Positions 55,744-60,668 of a stretch of 60,668 nucleotides of DNA are shown here, one piece after another. Position 1 is the stretch's first letter. The number at the start of each line of letters is the position of its first letter. Below the pieces are notes generated by a model, which searched no databases, was not told the origin of the DNA, and was given only the letters and a program-made list of their open reading frames with translations. The DNA comes from an uncultured virus (IMG/VR IMGVR_UViG_3300018405_000013) (taxonomy: Duplodnaviria > Heunggongvirae > Uroviricota > Caudoviricetes): the IMG/VR virus record IMGVR_UViG_3300018405_000013; one strand, 5' to 3'. A program made the position numbers and the translations under genes.

Positions 55744-58641
55744 CTATACAACAAAGTATAATGTCGTAGCATCTTTTGTAGTTATTGCATCATACTGTGC
55801 CTGAGTTCCAGACCAAAACTTTATAGTTTGCGCAGCATTATTCTGATTAATCATACTGTCAACGGCGGTGCTATGAGTAATAGTCCAAGTGTATACGTTT
55901 CCAGATATCGCAGAACAATGATAAACAGTATTTGGCGTAGTGGATGTATTGATATATTCTTGCCCAATTTGACCAACCGTTGATGTTGATGGTGCTACCG
56001 TTCCAGTTATAGCCTTTAATTGAAATGCGCTTAATTTATCACTAAACCCATCAATTATTTCACTATCAAAGGATAATGGCAATAATACATTCTGTTCTCC
56101 ACCAACCCACATATACATCATACCAATATTCTTTTCAACTGTTCCAACTTGCATATCAAAAATAGATATATACATATTATTATTCTTAAATGGTACATTA
56201 GTAGCTACTGAGTCTGCTACACTATAATACTTGATTGCTGGACTTGACAGTGGCGCATTGTCTGGCGAATACTGGTGTGTTATTATATTTCCTGTAATTA
56301 CTGATGTAATATCTCCAAAAATAAGCGAATCACTATCATAATTATATATTTTATTATCAGTATTATTAAAAAATATTGATAATTTAGCATCAGATGAGTC
56401 ATTTGTCCATACGGTGCCATTATATTTATATACTTTGTTGTCAGTTGTATTAAAATAACACCATGCATCATTTACTGGCACTGGTGCAGTTGCATAAGCA
56501 TCAATTGAATACATGTATACATATACGACATTAACATCACCAGAGCCACCGCCAAGACTTGATTTTAAATTTGAGAATGATATTTTTTTCATTATATTTG
56601 ATGCGGCACTATCCATAATAGCAAGCATATCTGCATTTATCGGTGTCGTTTTTTCAGTTGCATCATTCATTAGAGAACCAATGGTTGTCGCTGTCTCATT
56701 TCCAGTATTTGTCCCACTAACCAAATCCAATGATGTTTTATTAGTGTGCGTATGCAATTTTGAATGTTCATCATATGTTAAATGATAATATCCTGTAGAG
56801 TCACCACCCATAATCTCTTTTAAATTATCATGATTTGGAATAGTTGCATATACTGGATCTGGATTGGCGATATTATCTATTTCGGCAGCACTACTTGCAG
56901 TAGCACGAACAATAATTCTTCCAACCAATATACAACCTGATTTAATTATATCTGGCACATCTGCCCTTGGTAATCCGAGTGCCGCTAAAGCCCAAGTTTC
57001 ATAATCTTCATTTCCCAGCAACACATATGTTTTAGATGAATTTTCAACACTCCTATAAACCCAATTTATACCATAATGATTATTACCCAATAAAGCCAAA
57101 TTGGTTCCATTGTCATATTGCGTATTATTATATTGTGTAATTGCTGTAAATGTAGTTACACCGCCTACATTAGAAATTAATTCACATGTATTAGCAACAT
57201 TGCTATCGCACGCCTGCATATTTATTTGTGTAATCCCATGCCATACAACACCAGATGACACAATTATTCTTCGTGTAGCAGACTCTGACAATATTAATCC
57301 ACTTTCTACACTAAATTTCTCGGCACGAATTAACCTTTGATGTATTTTATTCGATAGTCCACGCCCAAGAATTCCATAGTTTAACCTACTAATTGTAGTT
57401 CCATGTCTATATAATGCAAAAACTGGAATTATATTGCTTTCTGTAATTAAACTATAATTTGTTATGGCTTGATATTCCGGCGTTCCACTATTATAATTTA
57501 CAACAATATATGTAGTAGCATTATCGCCAAGCGTATATGTTCCGCCGGTTATTGAATACTCTTTTAGCTCTCCAGAGAAATCATTTGACGAATATATCCT
57601 TGCTGTAGCCACACCTATTGTAACAGTTCCATCACCGTTATCTAAATATGAAGGTAGCATAACCATACCAGCTTCACCTATTGCATGGATAAGTTGACTA
57701 TGGTCGTATGCTATTTTTCCACGATCGCCACGATATGCCGTTGTGGACGTTTCACCAAGAGCTGTCGGTTGACCAATTGAAGTATACGCACTTCCTGTCC
57801 ATCTATATATTAAATTAGTGTCAGTTGCAACATATATTTTATCACTAACACCGGGTGTTGGGAATGATGCTAAATTTGCATATTCCTCTAAACTATCACC
57901 AGATGATGTTGGAAGTTGTGAAGTTGGAACCTTCCCGTCGCTACCTAATTCAGCAAGCCCATTAGCCACGCCTTTTAGCGTTGAATTTAATGGTGTATAT
58001 CCCAATGCATCCTGCTTACCATTCCATGTGGCTTTTTCGGCATCTGTTACAAATCTGTTCGAACTATCCTGGACTATAATACTGGCTGGATGAGTAGCAG
58101 GGTGTGTATATACAGTGTCTGTAAATACGGCATTTGCCGGAACGTCTGTTAATACACGTGTGCTATTAACTTTTCCATCCAATTGTACCTGCAATCCTGT
58201 TACATTTGCAACCGTATGATTATGAGAATTGTCGTTCACGCTCATAATTCCATCAGTGCTAATAGTAATATCATCACCAGCTTTAACACCGCCTAAGGAG
58301 TATGTAGTTGCTACGGGCAACGTGTATGATGTTGTCCCGCCAGTACCACTTCCCGGCGCAGTATAACCGTTCTTAACTGCAATATATGCATTACCAAAAT
58401 TATTATCTCTGGCATGTATAATAACTGCATCGCCAACAGTAAGCGTCGTTCCTGTTTTATTATATAAATTAGGATATATGCTGCCATCAGATGGAATAGC
58501 TACATCATAAGTAATATCTGAATGTGATGCCGCCACAACACCAAAATATGAGTATTCTATGTTTTCTGTATTAAATTCTTGTTTTGCAATTGTTCTTATT
58601 GCCCCTACAAGATCTTTTGCGTCTTGTGCCGTTAAACCCAT
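55744..58641 (-). CDS. tail fibre / spike protein
   Basis: YTLPVAT...LGGVK.G, YTHPATHPAS.I..D...RFVTDAEK, LGETSTTAYRGDRG, WSGTQAQYDAI..KD..TLY fibre motifs. Confidence 0.85.
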   Translation of the reverse strand: MGLTAQDAKDLVGAIRTIAKQEFNTENIEYSYFGVVAASHSDITYDVAIPSDGSIYPNLYNKTGTTLTVGDAVIIHARDNNFGNAYIAVKNGYTAPGSGTGGTTSYTLPVATTYSLGGVKAGDDITISTDGIMSVNDNSHNHTVANVTGLQVQLDGKVNSTRVLTDVPANAVFTDTVYTHPATHPASIIVQDSSNRFVTDAEKATWNGKQDALGYTPLNSTLKGVANGLAELGSDGKVPTSQLPTSSGDSLEEYANLASFPTPGVSDKIYVATDTNLIYRWTGSAYTSIGQPTALGETSTTAYRGDRGKIAYDHSQLIHAIGEAGMVMLPSYLDNGDGTVTIGVATARIYSSNDFSGELKEYSITGGTYTLGDNATTYIVVNYNSGTPEYQAITNYSLITESNIIPVFALYRHGTTISRLNYGILGRGLSNKIHQRLIRAEKFSVESGLILSESATRRIIVSSGVVWHGITQINMQACDSNVANTCELISNVGGVTTFTAITQYNNTQYDNGTNLALLGNNHYGINWVYRSVENSSKTYVLLGNEDYETWALAALGLPRADVPDIIKSGCILVGRIIVRATASSAAEIDNIANPDPVYATIPNHDNLKEIMGGDSTGYYHLTYDEHSKLHTHTNKTSLDLVSGTNTGNETATTIGSLMNDATEKTTPINADMLAIMDSAASNIMKKISFSNLKSSLGGGSGDVNVVYVYMYSIDAYATAPVPVNDAWCYFNTTDNKVYKYNGTVWTNDSSDAKLSIFFNNTDNKIYNYDSDSLIFGDITSVITGNIITHQYSPDNAPLSSPAIKYYSVADSVATNVPFKNNNMYISIFDMQVGTVEKNIGMMYMWVGGEQNVLLPLSFDSEIIDGFSDKLSAFQLKAITGTVAPSTSTVGQIGQEYINTSTTPNTVYHCSAISGNVYTWTITHSTAVDSMINQNNAAQTIKFWSGTQAQYDAITTKDATTLYFVV

Positions 58642-58658
58642 AAATATACACCTCCTTT

Positions 58659-59846
58659 TTATGCACTTGGATAATATGGAAGACTGGCTACATTAGCGCA
58701 CTCTATACTAATTTTACTATCTATACCTATAGGTATATTTAAAGACTTAATGATAAATCTTTGATTCTTATATCCATAAAAATTATCCGTTATTGATATA
58801 CATTTATTTACATCCAAATGTATCATATACGTAGATTCCATTGAAATTGCCAAATTTAATATACTTATTTTACTTAGCTCATAATCCGCCCTATCTTGAC
58901 ATAATTGATTACTTGATATATTACTGTCTTCTATATATAGATTTCTAATACCTATCTTGCCAATTCTTGTTGGTGATTGGCCATTATTATTTTCAGAATA
59001 AGCAGAATATATCGTAACGCTATTAACATTCGCACCAACTACAGTTACCTTGTTTTTAACGTTAGTAAAATCATAACTTGTGGTACTTGAAAGATATTCA
59101 AGCTCACCATCATCATAATTCCATAATATCGGCTTTCTTAAATTTGATATATCTGTTATCCCACTTTGAATAACTAAATTTCCATTTTCATTATAATAAA
59201 CATCACACGCAATCATATTAGCTAATTCTATTATGATTTCACCAAGATTACTATTTGCATTTTTAGTTATTGTATATGTAGTATTCACATCTTTATATAT
59301 ATTGTCAAATATTAATGGAACGATATCATTTGGGTATCCATTTCCGTTGTCATCTAATAATATATCGGTAATTGCTTGCTTTATATTACTTCCATTTGGT
59401 ATAGTATATGTTGCTGTAATTGTTCCACCAAGCGTTCCGTCTAACATAGCAAACTTATCATAACATTGGATGTTAATCAGTTTTTCTCCACCATTATTCG
59501 TAGCTGATGGATTTGCAACAACAAATACACCATTTGGTTGCCAATATGTGTATCCTTCATCATTTTCAATGCCCAATTCAAGTTTAAATTTTGAATTAAT
59601 CCATAATCCGCCATTATTATCATTCGGCAACCATTTTCCGTCATCGTTCTTTAACGCAAAGTTTAAACTTCTTCTTTGACCTTGCTGATAATTTATAGAA
59701 AGGGAACCGCCACCACTAATAATATCATCTATTATCTCTTCTTTTACAGTTTCATTTTGATTTAACAATGATAATTTAAACTTTGGTCGTATAATGCTTG
59801 CTTTTACAGTGTTTATATAATCTAATGAATTTGAATTTATTGCCAT
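58659..59846 (-). CDS. baseplate hub/tail protein
   Basis: RRSL...G.F........CYDK..LDG, N.V.V.G, HLD; tail-module position. Confidence 0.7.
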   Translation of the reverse strand: MAINSNSLDYINTVKASIIRPKFKLSLLNQNETVKEEIIDDIISGGGSLSINYQQGQRRSLNFALKNDDGKWLPNDNNGGLWINSKFKLELGIENDEGYTYWQPNGVFVVANPSATNNGGEKLINIQCYDKFAMLDGTLGGTITATYTIPNGSNIKQAITDILLDDNGNGYPNDIVPLIFDNIYKDVNTTYTITKNANSNLGEIIIELANMIACDVYYNENGNLVIQSGITDISNLRKPILWNYDDGELEYLSSTTSYDFTNVKNKVTVVGANVNSVTIYSAYSENNNGQSPTRIGKIGIRNLYIEDSNISSNQLCQDRADYELSKISILNLAISMESTYMIHLDVNKCISITDNFYGYKNQRFIIKSLNIPIGIDSKISIECANVASLPYYPSA

Positions 59847-59862
59847 ATTATCACCACGCCAT

Positions 59863-60668
59863 CTAAACATTCTTTTCTACTACAGAGATTGAATCAATAC
59901 TCATTAATTCTACCCATGTAAAAGAAATCGTCGTAGGTTGTATTGCGGACACATCATCTATTTTAAATGAGTTAGAAATAATATCCACAACTCTAACGTT
60001 TCCTTTTCTATCTTTAATTAACTTGTGATTTCCGTTCGCAACAAACGCTTCAAATCTTTTTCTTTGACTAATAGTATCAATGTAACGATATACTCCATCA
60101 TCATCATATCCAACATCGCCTATTAGACAAGAAATTCCACCAGACATATAGTTTTTTTTACCAACATTGATTTTTGGAAATTGAGATAATCCCTCATATT
60201 TATATTTATCAATATTTTGCGTAGTTTCACCCGATGTAACATTAGCGTTAAACAACCAGATATTATCTTTATCTGCATAATATAGGTTATCATCCGTATC
60301 TGATTTAATGATATCTGTGATAGACCAATTACTCCACTTTGTTTTAACTGTTGCGGATTCCATTCTCGCACCGATCGTGTTAGCGGTTTCTGGGAATATT
60401 ACATACTTATAATCATTTTGATTACTTACTAAGTAATCTGTTAACTCTGTATATTTCCCCTCTATTTTATTAATATATTTCAACGTGGAAGAACCAACGT
60501 CTTGCCTATACACTATCCAATTTGTTACACTTTCTTGTAAGGACACAATATTGCCACCGCTTATACTTGTATCATAATTGGCTAATAATAGCGTATCACC
60601 ACCCCACGTTGGCTTATAATTGTTTCTTAACATATCAGCAGTTGGTTCTTCAACTGATGTTATAACAT
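59863..60668 (-). CDS. tail/baseplate-associated protein, 5'-truncated by window end
   Basis: Frame open to window edge; KDRKG, ISFTWVE. Confidence 0.65.
   Translation of the reverse strand, partial: VITSVEEPTADMLRNNYKPTWGGDTLLLANYDTSISGGNIVSLQESVTNWIVYRQDVGSSTLKYINKIEGKYTELTDYLVSNQNDYKYVIFPETANTIGARMESATVKTKWSNWSITDIIKSDTDDNLYYADKDNIWLFNANVTSGETTQNIDKYKYEGLSQFPKINVGKKNYMSGGISCLIGDVGYDDDGVYRYIDTISQRKRFEAFVANGNHKLIKDRKGNVRVVDIISNSFKIDDVSAIQPTTISFTWVELMSIDSISVVEKNV

Overview
AT-rich 60.7 kb segment of a large tailed phage, probably infecting an anaerobic Firmicute/Clostridia host (many consensus sigma-A TTGACA-N17-TATAAT promoters, Firmicute-type RBSs, class III RNR, AgrB). Layout: (1) 1-27.6 kb, minus strand: replication genes (DnaE N-terminus, primase, DnaB, PD-(D/E)XK nuclease, SSB, Sak4-like ATPase, HU), an RNA-repair operon (Rnl1-type ligase, Pol-beta NTase, Pnk-HD), many accessory enzymes, a glutamyl-tRNA synthetase and an RNA-dense island at ~3-11.2 kb; (2) 28-32.7 kb, plus strand: nucleotide metabolism (glutaredoxin, NrdD/NrdG, FTR-like protein, dUTPase); (3) 32.7-60.7 kb, minus strand: tail/fibre, lysis and moron genes, including an agr-like cassette and a NeuB/HAD/NeuA + 3 radical SAM + 2 ParB-like cassette interleaved with fibre genes. 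The strongest signals are non-coding: (a) five covarying 'AAGAYNN-N3-CAGCAA...NNRUCUUG' stem RNAs plus a tRNA-like RNA carrying the same motif circularly permuted in place of its anticodon loop, flanking a DUF2828 (Ro60/TROVE-like + vWA) gene, suggesting a phage Ro/Y-RNA-like system; (b) a 141-nt RNA that mimics the 23S rRNA L11-binding/GTPase-associated centre; (c) two tRNA-Glu(CUC)-like RNAs that keep GluRS identity elements but lack the TPsiC and D-loop GG, near a phage GluRS. All calls are by eye; no database searches were run.
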